This document shows positions 27,125-35,431 of a stretch of 45,036 bases of DNA, piece after piece; the stretch's first letter is position 1, and every line of letters begins with the position of its first letter. Origin of the DNA: Candidatus Goldiibacteriota bacterium (GTDB taxonomy: Bacteria; Oederibacteriota; PGYV01; DSYL01); contig JAOAAI010000014.1 in assembly GCA_026418955.1 (NCBI GenBank), forward strand, positions 1 to 45,036. Direction: 5' to 3'. The notes under the pieces were generated by a model. That model was not told the DNA's origin. It made no database searches and saw only the letters and a program-made list of their open reading frames with translations. Made by a program: the position numbers and the translations under genes.

Positions 27125-27973
27125 TTACTGCTTATTATCCAATTTTTTTTGACTTTTTTCAATTTCTTTTGATGTTTTTTCGAATTCATTATAAAAAAGC
27201 TTGGACCATATATTACCCTTTAATTTTATTGTTTTTTTGTCGGTATTAAATATAATTACTTCAGATAAAAAAAACGATGACTGTTTTTTCACAACTGGCT
27301 TTCCTTCCATAAAAAGTTCCTTGCTTTTATCATCATAGGAAATTTTATCAGCAAAAGCAATTAAATTCTTCATTTTTACTTTTATTCTTTTCTTTTTTTT
27401 ACTCGCCAGTAATTTTTCATTTTCTATATCAAATTCTACTTCATCTGCAAACATTGTAAGCGTATTACCATCTTCCAATATTTTATCAACTTTAATATCG
27501 CCATTTGCAATAACCTTATTAAAGTTATCAACATATCTTATTTTTTTTGATGTTAATTTAACATTGCCCTTTTTATAATTGACTATTATATTGCCTTCTG
27601 CATACGCTTCTTTTTTGTAATCATTGCTTTCTAAAGTATCCGCGTAAAGAACAACATCCTCGGCAATTACTTTCACATTTTTTTCAAATACCGCCTTTGA
27701 GGTTTCTCTTTCAAAATTCATTGAATCAGATTTTATAATAACCTCTTTTATTTTGACTTTCTTTTTTTTATCTTTTTTTGCATCAGTAGATTTTTTTATA
27801 TCTTCTTTTTTTATTTCAGAAAATAGTGGAGTATAATTTTCTACTCCCTGCTTTACTTTGGCTTTATTTATCTCTTCCGTTAGATTTTTATTATATAAAA
27901 CTTCATATTTGGTATCCTGAATATGATGGCAGGAAATAAAAAATAGTAATATAATAAACAATCTAATTTTCAT
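27125..27973 (-). CDS. lptA: OstA/LptA-like LPS transport protein with a lipoprotein-type signal
   Basis: 282 aa with lipobox-like FISC. Repeated beta-strand pattern typical of the OstA_N fold. Positioned between lptC and lptB. Confidence 0.55.
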   Translation of the reverse strand: MKIRLFIILLFFISCHHIQDTKYEVLYNKNLTEEINKAKVKQGVENYTPLFSEIKKEDIKKSTDAKKDKKKKVKIKEVIIKSDSMNFERETSKAVFEKNVKVIAEDVVLYADTLESNDYKKEAYAEGNIIVNYKKGNVKLTSKKIRYVDNFNKVIANGDIKVDKILEDGNTLTMFADEVEFDIENEKLLASKKKKRIKVKMKNLIAFADKISYDDKSKELFMEGKPVVKKQSSFFLSEVIIFNTDKKTIKLKGNIWSKLFYNEFEKTSKEIEKSQKKLDNKQ

Positions 27974-28514
27974 TTTCTAAATTCCTTGCCCTTAATTCAA
28001 CTTTATTTTTTAACTTTATGTTTTTAAGTCCCGAGTCGGATTCAAACCCAATTCCTTTTATACGGTTTTTATCTTTAATTATTTCAACTTCTGCATCTGA
28101 AAAAATTTTCTTTTCTTTATCATCCCAGAATAATTTATTTGTTTTTAAAATAATACCGTTAGAAGCTTTTAAAACAACATTGTCATTCATCTGTATAGCA
28201 TTTGTTTCAGTATTTATTTCTGCTCTATCACCATAAAGAACCGATATTTTTCCGTCTTCTTCAAAAAATTTCACCGTAACAAACTGGGCTTTTGCTTTTT
28301 TCTTCATCTCAAAAATTTGCGCTGCTTTTGATATAATTTCCATCTTAATTTTACCATCTTCTGTTGATTTTAATTTAAAATCCTCAATAATAAAATTCGG
28401 AATATCCTCAATATTTTCACCAACAGGTAATTTTGGTTTTATTTTTTTTTCTTTCTGACAAGCACTCAAAAAACAAAGAACCAAAGAAAGAAATATTATA
28501 AAAATTTTTTTCAT
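27963..28514 (-). CDS. lptC: LptC-like LPS export protein with a lipoprotein-type signal
   Basis: 183 aa with lipobox LSAC. Size, beta-rich sequence and position upstream of lptA-lptB fit LptC. RBS AGGAG. Confidence 0.55.
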   Translation of the reverse strand: MKKIFIIFLSLVLCFLSACQKEKKIKPKLPVGENIEDIPNFIIEDFKLKSTEDGKIKMEIISKAAQIFEMKKKAKAQFVTVKFFEEDGKISVLYGDRAEINTETNAIQMNDNVVLKASNGIILKTNKLFWDDKEKKIFSDAEVEIIKDKNRIKGIGFESDSGLKNIKLKNKVELRARNLENEN

Positions 28515-28545
28515 TCATAACTCCTGAATTTTTTAAAATCTTTTA

Positions 28546-28575
28546 ATTATATTGCAATCCTTAACCAGCAATCAA
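28546..28575 (-). promoter_or_regulatory. Putative promoter of the lptC-lptA-lptB... operon, with its -35 inside the heptamer array
   Basis: On the minus strand: perfect TATAAT (28551-28546) about 32 nt upstream of the lptC ATG. TTGATT (28575-28570) lies at an 18-nt spacing within the repeat. Confidence 0.35.
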
Positions 28576-28628
28576 CAATCAACAACCAGCAATCAGCAAT
28601 CAACAATCCGCAATCAGCAACCAGCAAT
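28552..28628. repeat. Heptanucleotide tandem repeat, 11 in-phase units (core 9 units, 28566-28628)
   Basis: Read directly: ttgcaat ccttaac cagcaat caacaat caacaac cagcaat cagcaat caacaat ccgcaat cagcaac cagcaat. Lies between the lpxL-like stop (28649) and the lptC start (28514). Confidence 0.9.
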
Positions 28629-28648
28629 GTTTCTGCTTTTCTATAATT

Positions 28649-29551
28649 TTATCCTCGATGCTCTTCCACAGATTTCCACCTATTATGAATCCAGGCCCAT
28701 TGATATGGATATTTTAAAATTATGGCACTTATTTCATTATTATATTTTTCTGCTAATTTTTCAACTGCTGTATTTATTATATTGTCAAAGGGTTTATTAA
28801 TTATTATCTTGTAATAACCATCTTCCATTCTTAATGAAAAAAGTGTAAGCAAATAACAATTAAATTTTTGCGCAAGTAAAACCGGAGCAACCGGTGTTTT
28901 TGCTGGTTTACCTAGAAAATTTATAATCTTACTTTCAACTTTTGTATCCTGGTCAACAAGCACGCCTAAAAACATACCATTTTTCAATTCTTTTATCATA
29001 TCCTTTGATATCTTATCCCTATCAAAAACTTTAACACCACCTTTCTGCCTTGTTCTATTAACTATATTATTTAATCTTTCGTCAAATAAACTTTTTCCAA
29101 TTACTCCTATATTATATCCTTTATACGCAAAATACTGCGGTATTATTTCCCAGTTCGAAAAATGTCCTGTAACTGCAATAATACCTTTTTTTTCTGAAAA
29201 TGCTTTTTCAAAATATTCAATACCTTCAACTTTTTTTACAAGCCCGGCAATTTTTTCCGGTTTCCATAAAGTGAATTTTATGAATTCAACCAATCCTATA
29301 CCATAATTTTTGAAATTTTCCTTTGCAAATTTTTCTTTTTCTTTTAGGGATAATTGCCCTTTATAAACAATATCAAGATTTTTATAAATTATGCCTTTTT
29401 CTTTTTTAAAAAAATAAAAACAAATATATCCTAAAAATTTTCCTATTGTTGTTCCTATCCGCCAGGGTATAAATAAGAAAAAAAATCTTAAAAACTGGAT
29501 AAAAATTATTAAAAAAAAATTTCTTACACTTTTAAATATTTTTATTTTCAC
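28649..29551 (-). CDS. lpxL: Lipid A late (lauroyl/myristoyl) acyltransferase, LpxL/HtrB family
   Basis: 300 aa with an N-terminal membrane helix and the TGHFSNWE (Hx4E/D) motif. GTG start at 29551 overlaps kdsC by 20 nt. Confidence 0.7.
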   Translation of the reverse strand: MKIKIFKSVRNFFLIIFIQFLRFFFLFIPWRIGTTIGKFLGYICFYFFKKEKGIIYKNLDIVYKGQLSLKEKEKFAKENFKNYGIGLVEFIKFTLWKPEKIAGLVKKVEGIEYFEKAFSEKKGIIAVTGHFSNWEIIPQYFAYKGYNIGVIGKSLFDERLNNIVNRTRQKGGVKVFDRDKISKDMIKELKNGMFLGVLVDQDTKVESKIINFLGKPAKTPVAPVLLAQKFNCYLLTLFSLRMEDGYYKIIINKPFDNIINTAVEKLAEKYNNEISAIILKYPYQWAWIHNRWKSVEEHRG

Positions 29552-30077
29552 GATTTATATACCAGGAAATGCTTTTTTGCCATAAGCCCTTTGCCTTTAA
29601 TAAAATGTCAATGAATTCCCTCACACAACCTTCTCCGCCTTTTTTTTTGCAAACATAATCAGCTATCTGTTTAATCTCATCACACGCATCTTTAGGCGCA
29701 ACGGAAAATCCACACTTTTTCATAACAGGTATATCAATAAGATCATCACCTATAAAACAAATCTCTTCATCTTTTATTGCAAATTTATTTTTTATTTCTT
29801 CATACGCATCTATTTTTTTCTTTAAATCCTGATATACTATATCAATCTTTAATTCTCTCGCTCTTAACTCTATCACTTTTGAATATCGACCGCTTAAAAT
29901 TGCAAAATTTATTCCCATATTCTGCGCTATATAAATACCAACACCATCTTTTACATCAAAATTTTTATATTCGGTATCATTACTTCCCACTATTATTTTA
30001 CCATCCGTTAATACCCCATCAACATCAAGAAATATGTATTTTATTTTTTTTAATTTATTTTTTAATAATACTTTCAT
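29532..30077 (-). CDS. kdsC: KDO-8-phosphate phosphatase (HAD)
   Basis: FLDVDGVLTDG, the GDDLIDIP motif, and about 180 aa in size. I place the start at the ATG 30077 (TGATG junction with the kdsD stop) rather than the TTG at 30080 in the track. Confidence 0.8.
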   Translation of the reverse strand: MKVLLKNKLKKIKYIFLDVDGVLTDGKIIVGSNDTEYKNFDVKDGVGIYIAQNMGINFAILSGRYSKVIELRARELKIDIVYQDLKKKIDAYEEIKNKFAIKDEEICFIGDDLIDIPVMKKCGFSVAPKDACDEIKQIADYVCKKKGGEGCVREFIDILLKAKGLWQKSISWYINRENKNI

Positions 30078-31042
30078 CAAACAACACCGGATTTTAAGAT
30101 ATCATGTAGATGAAGTATGCCTTTTAATTTGTTTTTGTTATCAGGGATAAGCAATACGGTTATTGCATTTTTTTCCATTTTCGATAATGCCGCAACAGCA
30201 AGTTCATCTTCATTAATTGTTTTTGGATTAACCGTCATTATTTCACGCATCACCATATTATATGGATTTTCATTTTTTTCAAACAAACGCCGCAAATCAC
30301 CATCTGTAAAAATCCCTGCTATACTACCTTTGTCATCAACAATTGCCGTGCAACCAAATCTTTTATTGGTCATAACAAGCATTGCTTCTTTTAATTTTGT
30401 ATTCAAATTAACAAAAGGCACTTCATCCCCAGTATGCATTATATCTTTAACTTTTAAAATTAATTTTTTACCAAGTGAACCACCTGGATGTAACATTGCA
30501 AAATCTTCTTTTTTAAACCCTTTTAATTTTAAAAGTGCAACTGCTAAACCATCACCTATTGCGAGTTGAACAGCAGTAGACGCCGTTGGTGCAAGTCCCA
30601 TAGGACAGGCCTCTTCTTTAACATAGGAATTTAAAATACAATTTGCTTTTTTTGCAAGCGTGGAATTCTTTTTTCCAGTTATTGCAATTATTGGAATATC
30701 CAAACGCTTTAAATATGGTAAAAGTTCTATTACCTCCTCGGTTTCTCCGCTCTGAGAAATTATTATTACAACATCGTTTTTCATAATTATACCCATATCA
30801 CCGTGTGCAGCTTCAACAGGATGTAAAAATATAGAAGGTGTTCCAGTTGAAGAAAAAGTGGATGATATTTTTTGACCGATAAGCCCTGATTTTCCAAGGC
30901 CAGTTACAATGACTTTACCTTTACAATTTAAAATTATTTCTATTGCTTTTTCGAAATTATTATCAATTTTGCATTTTAATAAAGCGGTAGCTTCTTTTTT
31001 TAAAACCTTTTTTACTTCTTTTTTTATATCAACTTTTTTCAT
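30077..31042 (-). CDS. kdsD: Arabinose-5-phosphate isomerase (SIS + tandem CBS)
   Basis: 321 aa with VTGLGKSG, ISQSGETEE and HPGGSLG, plus a C-terminal CBS pair. Confidence 0.9.
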   Translation of the reverse strand: MKKVDIKKEVKKVLKKEATALLKCKIDNNFEKAIEIILNCKGKVIVTGLGKSGLIGQKISSTFSSTGTPSIFLHPVEAAHGDMGIIMKNDVVIIISQSGETEEVIELLPYLKRLDIPIIAITGKKNSTLAKKANCILNSYVKEEACPMGLAPTASTAVQLAIGDGLAVALLKLKGFKKEDFAMLHPGGSLGKKLILKVKDIMHTGDEVPFVNLNTKLKEAMLVMTNKRFGCTAIVDDKGSIAGIFTDGDLRRLFEKNENPYNMVMREIMTVNPKTINEDELAVAALSKMEKNAITVLLIPDNKNKLKGILHLHDILKSGVV

Positions 31043-31044
31043 TT

Positions 31045-31788
31045 CTATACTTTCATTATATTGTTAACTTCCTCAATATACCATATACGCGCGCAATTAT
31101 CACAGGTTAATATCCTTGCTTTCTTTTTTACTTCAATTACAGCCTGTGGTCTTATTGAAAATCTACAACCACTGCAAACACCATCACCATCTTTATTTAC
31201 TTCAATTGATGCCATTGCCAATCTTTTTCCCTTGCGTATCCTTTCATACCTCTCCATCCAGCCCCTGTCAATTCCTTTTATTGCTTCATTTCTTCTTGCT
31301 GTTTCATTTGTTATTTTACTTTCTTCTTCTGCAATTTTTTTCTTTAATTCACTTATTTCATCTGTAAGTTGTTTTTCCTCACTTTTTAATAATTTTTCCT
31401 GTTCTGAAAGCCATTTTATATCCCGCTCTTCTTCTTCCATTATTTTTAAAATTTCATCTTCTAAATTTTGTATATCAGAGCGTATGGTTTTTATTTCAAG
31501 TTGCAATGCTTGATATGCCTCATTTGTCTTTATCATTGCTGTTTGAGAATCTTTTTGTTTTATTTCACTTTCTTTACTTTTTATTTCAAGTTCTATTTCC
31601 GCACGTTTCTTTTTAAAAGTATCCAAACGTGCTTTTTTTTCACTGAAAACTCTACGGTTCTCATTTATTTTATCTTCCAAATTTTTTATTTTTTCTTTAA
31701 TATTACTTATTTCGTCCTCGCATTTCACTATTTGCGAGTCAATTTTATGTAAATCAAGTAATTTTTCTAAAATCTCTTTATCGGTCAT
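31045..31788 (-). CDS. Coiled-coil + C4 zinc-ribbon protein (COG1579/DUF164-like)
   Basis: Long heptad-rich helical region followed by CSGC...CDNC. I place the start at ATG 31788 (GAAGGAGG 6 nt upstream) instead of the TTG at 31803 in the track. Confidence 0.7.
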   Translation of the reverse strand: MTDKEILEKLLDLHKIDSQIVKCEDEISNIKEKIKNLEDKINENRRVFSEKKARLDTFKKKRAEIELEIKSKESEIKQKDSQTAMIKTNEAYQALQLEIKTIRSDIQNLEDEILKIMEEEERDIKWLSEQEKLLKSEEKQLTDEISELKKKIAEEESKITNETARRNEAIKGIDRGWMERYERIRKGKRLAMASIEVNKDGDGVCSGCRFSIRPQAVIEVKKKARILTCDNCARIWYIEEVNNIMKV

Positions 31789-31814
31789 TTCTTCCTCCTT
31801 CAAAATTTTCAGTC

Positions 31815-31861
31815 ATAAATAAAAAAAGCCGCATCTCGCTTTTCGCGGTGCGGCTTTTATT
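31815..31861 (-). terminator. Rho-independent (bidirectional-looking) terminator after the GT2 gene
   Basis: Stem GCCGCA(31828-31833)/TGCGGC(31849-31854) extended by CGC/GCG, with loop TTTTC. A7 on one side and T4AT5 on the other. On the minus strand the hairpin is followed by TTTTTTTATTTAT, 12 nt after the GT2 stop. Confidence 0.7.
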
Positions 31862-31872
31862 TTTCATATTAT

Positions 31873-33021
31873 TCAGCCCTCTATATTTATGGTGCCGAAC
31901 TTTTTCATTCCGGCAAGACCACCTTTTATAAAATTCAATTTTGAAAAATAATGAATAGTGGCATATTTGAAAAACTTTCTTTTGGGTTTCATTTTAAAAA
32001 CTGGCCAAAAAAATTTTAATTTAAAAAACCCGGTTAACAGTAAAAGCCCAAGTAAAAAAATCCAGTTATTTATTACTCCTGATAAACCATTTTTAATTAA
32101 AATAAAAGTCAAAGAAATTAAAAAAACAAGACCCAAAATATGAAAAAGCATAAAATCGCCAATATAAATAATTCCTTTTACAGGAAAAGGTATTGGTATT
32201 GAAATACCTTTAAAATATTGAATATAAAATTCAAGTACATTTTTTGCATGTTTTTGTATGAGTAAAGGATGACCAAACCCATATCCCCAGAGTTGCTTGT
32301 AAAACTGCTGCGGGGTTGCCCTATGCATATGATCTACAACAGCTGATGGCTGGAAATAAAGTTTAAAACCATTTTTTAATATCCTTAAATTAAAATCAAC
32401 ATCCTCGCCTGTTATTTCATGCCAGAATTCCTTACCTATTGATTCAACGGCTTTACGCGATGCTGCAAGATTTGCCGTTGCAAAAAATGGACAGGTCTGT
32501 GAACCATTAACTTCAGATGGTAAATCCTTTTTTATTTCAGGATAATAACCACCATTTTTCATACCACATCTATCTCCAATTGTTAAAAAACCTATCTGCT
32601 CACAATATGATTCAGTATCATTATCTGCATCGGTTCTCAATGTGTAAATTTCTCCGCCAACAAGTCCTATTTTTTCATCTTTGAAGAATGGCTCTATCAT
32701 TTTATCAATCCAGTCCTGATGTGGTGCACAATCACCGTCAGTAAAAAGTATATAATCACCTTTTGCAACTTTTAAAGCTGCGTTTCTTGCGTGTCCGGGC
32801 GATTTTGAGTCAGGAACTTCTATTACTTTTATGAACTGGTATTTTTCTTTCCATTTATTTATTATTTCAACTGTTTTATCCTTTGACCCGCCATCAGCAA
32901 AAAGTATTTCCATTCTATCGCGTGGATAAGAAACATTTAAAAGATATTGTATTGTAGTTTCTATGGTTCTTTCTGCATTTCTTACTGGTAAAATAATACT
33001 TACAAATGGCTTTTCTGCCAT
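31873..33021 (-). CDS. Family 2 glycosyltransferase with C-terminal membrane helices
   Basis: FVSIILPVRNAE and the FTDGDC (DxD) motif, with 3-4 hydrophobic helices at the C-terminus. I place the start at ATG 33021 (AGGAGG 7 nt upstream). The track start at 33057 is a TTG that falls inside the predicted -10 box. Confidence 0.8.
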   Translation of the reverse strand: MAEKPFVSIILPVRNAERTIETTIQYLLNVSYPRDRMEILFADGGSKDKTVEIINKWKEKYQFIKVIEVPDSKSPGHARNAALKVAKGDYILFTDGDCAPHQDWIDKMIEPFFKDEKIGLVGGEIYTLRTDADNDTESYCEQIGFLTIGDRCGMKNGGYYPEIKKDLPSEVNGSQTCPFFATANLAASRKAVESIGKEFWHEITGEDVDFNLRILKNGFKLYFQPSAVVDHMHRATPQQFYKQLWGYGFGHPLLIQKHAKNVLEFYIQYFKGISIPIPFPVKGIIYIGDFMLFHILGLVFLISLTFILIKNGLSGVINNWIFLLGLLLLTGFFKLKFFWPVFKMKPKRKFFKYATIHYFSKLNFIKGGLAGMKKFGTINIEG

Positions 33022-33056
33022 AATCTTCCTCCTTTTTCTTTTAAATTTAGTTCTCA

Positions 33057-33084
33057 ATTATATAAAAAATATTTATTTTTGCAA
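33057..33084 (-). promoter_or_regulatory. Putative promoter of the GT2 gene
   Basis: On the minus strand: TTGCAA (33084-33079), a 16-nt spacer, then perfect TATAAT (33062-33057), about 36 nt upstream of ATG 33021. Confidence 0.4.
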
Positions 33085-33134
33085 GTATAATTTTAAAAAT
33101 TCTTTTAAATCATATAAACTTTTATTTTTTAATA

Positions 33135-33163
33135 TTTAATTCTTATTTATATTTTGATATAAT
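33135..33163 (+). promoter_or_regulatory. Putative extended -10 promoter of the histidine kinase/glycosidase operon
   Basis: TGATATAAT (TG at 33155-33156, TATAAT at 33158-33163) with a weak -35 TTTAAT at a 17-nt spacing. RBS AAGGAG at 33179-33184, ATG at 33190. Confidence 0.4.
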
Positions 33164-33189
33164 TTAAAAAATAATTATAAGGAGATTTT

Positions 33190-35418
33190 ATGCAAACTTT
33201 TTTTATAATGCAGATTTTGCATTTATCATCTTTATTTATTTATGTTCATCTCATAATTTTTCTTATTACAAATTATCCTCTGGATAGCAAAAATAAATTA
33301 ACAATTGTTTTGTTTTCTTTAACCGCTTTATGGTCCTTCTGTAAAATATTTCTGCATAACCCCGCAACTTCTTTTGAAATGGCTAATTTTTTTGATAAAT
33401 TTATGTCAATTAACTGGATACTGGTGCCGCCTGTTTTTCTTTTATTTTCTCTTTCTTTAAGCGATAAACCACCAAGTATAAATAAATGGATTTTAAGAAT
33501 AATAATTTTTTTGCCGGCAATTATCTTTATAATACTTAATTTTCTAGGTTATTTAACTGAACCGATTAAATATTTTGATTTATATTGGTTTAGTAATTTT
33601 AAAAAAAATACTATTGTTAATTTGTATTATTTTTATTTTATTCTTTATACAATAGGTAGCATACTGCATTTTTTTATTTTAAAAAATAAAACTAAAATTA
33701 AAAATAAAAAAAAACAATTAGATATTTTTATATCTGTTAGTATTTTTACCTTATTATTAATGGTGGGCGGAGAAGTTATTATTCCAAATCTTAATTTAGA
33801 ACATCATCCAATACAGGATATAGGAAATATATATTTTCTCATTTTTGCTTTTGGAATCTTCTATGCGCTTTTAAAATATCAGTTTTTAGGTCTTTCTCCG
33901 ATAAAAACATTTAACACAATAATTTCTAACTTATCTGAATTCTTATTTATACTTGATGAAGAATTTAATTTTTCTTTTATAAACAAATCGGCCCTTAATA
34001 ATTTAAAATATTCTGCAGAAGAATTAATAAATAAGCCCTTTGTTATAATAGTAGAATCCGATTTTGATTTTAATAAAATATTAAAGGATTTAATTATAAA
34101 AAAAATTGTTAGCGGCTATGATTTATCATTAAAGACAAAAGATGGAAAAATAATACCGGTAAGTTTGTCTGCGAAAGCAATTGAAGAACAAGGTGAAATT
34201 ATAAGGATTATATGCGTCGCAATGGATATAAGCGAAAGAATAAAATTAACCGAATATTTAAAAGAGCAACGAGAACTTGCCGAAAAATATTTGAATATTG
34301 CTCCTATTATATTTTTAATACTTAACCGAGAAGGAAAAATTATGTTTTTAAATGATGCAGGAATGAAAATCCTCGGTGTTTATTCTGAATCTGAATATTC
34401 AGGAAAAATCTGGTTTGAAGAATTTATTCCAGAAGATGAAAAAGATTTAACAAAAAGTTACTTTTTTAAATTCATAAATGAAAAAACCATTTTAAACGAA
34501 TTAGAAAATTATGTAATTACAAAAAAAGGAGAAAAAAAATTAATACACTGGTCAAATACACTATTGACTGATAAAGAAAATAAAATATATGGCGTATTAT
34601 CTGCTGGCATTGATATTACTGAAACAAAAGAAGCAGAAAAAGTTTTAGAAGAAAACTACGAAAAATTAAAAGAATTAAATAAGTTAAAAGATAATTTCAT
34701 TTCCGTAATTTCTCATGAACTTAGAACTCCATTAACTGCGATAATCGGTTTCATTTCATTAATGCTTGGCGGAGCAACCGGAAAAATTAATAAAAACCAG
34801 CAGGAATCCCTGGAAATTATGAAAAATAATTCTGAACGTTTGCTTTCATTAATAAATGATTTACTTGATGTCTCAAAAATAGAAAGCGGCAAATTAAAAA
34901 TTTCCCTTTCTGAAATCGACCTCGTATTTTTAATTAAATCAACAATCACTGAAATTAAATCACTACTGGATAAAAAACAAATAATCTGCAATTTTAATTC
35001 CGAAGTAGAAGAATTCTTAATAAACGCTGATAAACAGCGTTTAACCCAGGCAATTGTTAATATTTTAAATAATGCAATAAAATTTTCTCCGTCAAATTCA
35101 AAAATCATAATTGAACTGAAAAAGATTGATAAAAAATATGAGAATATTCCATCGGAAATAAAAGAAAAAATAAATTCAAATAATCATTTTGCTTTGATAT
35201 CAATTACTGATTATGGAATCGGTATGACTGATACACAGATAAAAAATTTATTCCAGAAATTCTACCAGGCAGAAGATGCAAACATAAGAAAAACTCCAGG
35301 CACCGGTCTTGGACTTTATATCACAAAAAATTTAATTGAACTGCATAATGGATTTATCTGGGCAGAATCAAAAGGTATAAATACCGGTTCAACCTTTAAC
35401 ATATTATTACCTATTTGA
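33190..35418 (+). CDS. Sensor histidine kinase: polytopic N-terminal sensor domain + two PAS domains + HisKA + HATPase_c
   Basis: 742 aa with about 6-7 N-terminal TM helices. H-box SHELRTPLTAIIGF, N-box NNAIKFSP, G-boxes DYGIGM and GTGLGLYI. No response regulator in the window. Confidence 0.9.
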   Translation: MQTFFIMQILHLSSLFIYVHLIIFLITNYPLDSKNKLTIVLFSLTALWSFCKIFLHNPATSFEMANFFDKFMSINWILVPPVFLLFSLSLSDKPPSINKWILRIIIFLPAIIFIILNFLGYLTEPIKYFDLYWFSNFKKNTIVNLYYFYFILYTIGSILHFFILKNKTKIKNKKKQLDIFISVSIFTLLLMVGGEVIIPNLNLEHHPIQDIGNIYFLIFAFGIFYALLKYQFLGLSPIKTFNTIISNLSEFLFILDEEFNFSFINKSALNNLKYSAEELINKPFVIIVESDFDFNKILKDLIIKKIVSGYDLSLKTKDGKIIPVSLSAKAIEEQGEIIRIICVAMDISERIKLTEYLKEQRELAEKYLNIAPIIFLILNREGKIMFLNDAGMKILGVYSESEYSGKIWFEEFIPEDEKDLTKSYFFKFINEKTILNELENYVITKKGEKKLIHWSNTLLTDKENKIYGVLSAGIDITETKEAEKVLEENYEKLKELNKLKDNFISVISHELRTPLTAIIGFISLMLGGATGKINKNQQESLEIMKNNSERLLSLINDLLDVSKIESGKLKISLSEIDLVFLIKSTITEIKSLLDKKQIICNFNSEVEEFLINADKQRLTQAIVNILNNAIKFSPSNSKIIIELKKIDKKYENIPSEIKEKINSNNHFALISITDYGIGMTDTQIKNLFQKFYQAEDANIRKTPGTGLGLYITKNLIELHNGFIWAESKGINTGSTFNILLPI

Positions 35419-35431
35419 AAAAGGAGAAAAG

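Noticed and set aside
28552-28628. Possible CRISPR array or terminator hairpin
   Set aside because: The 7-nt period with no spacers is incompatible with CRISPR. The units are direct repeats with no self-complementarity apart from a trivial ATTGCAAT palindrome at one edge, and there is no U-run.
28552-28800. 82-aa plus-strand ORF starting in the heptamer array (MQSLTSNQQSTTSNQQSTIRNQQ...), a Q/N/S/T-rich repeat peptide
   Set aside because: It has a non-ATG start and no RBS. Its repeat part is simply the heptamer array read in one frame. The rest is antisense to the well-supported lpxL-like gene.
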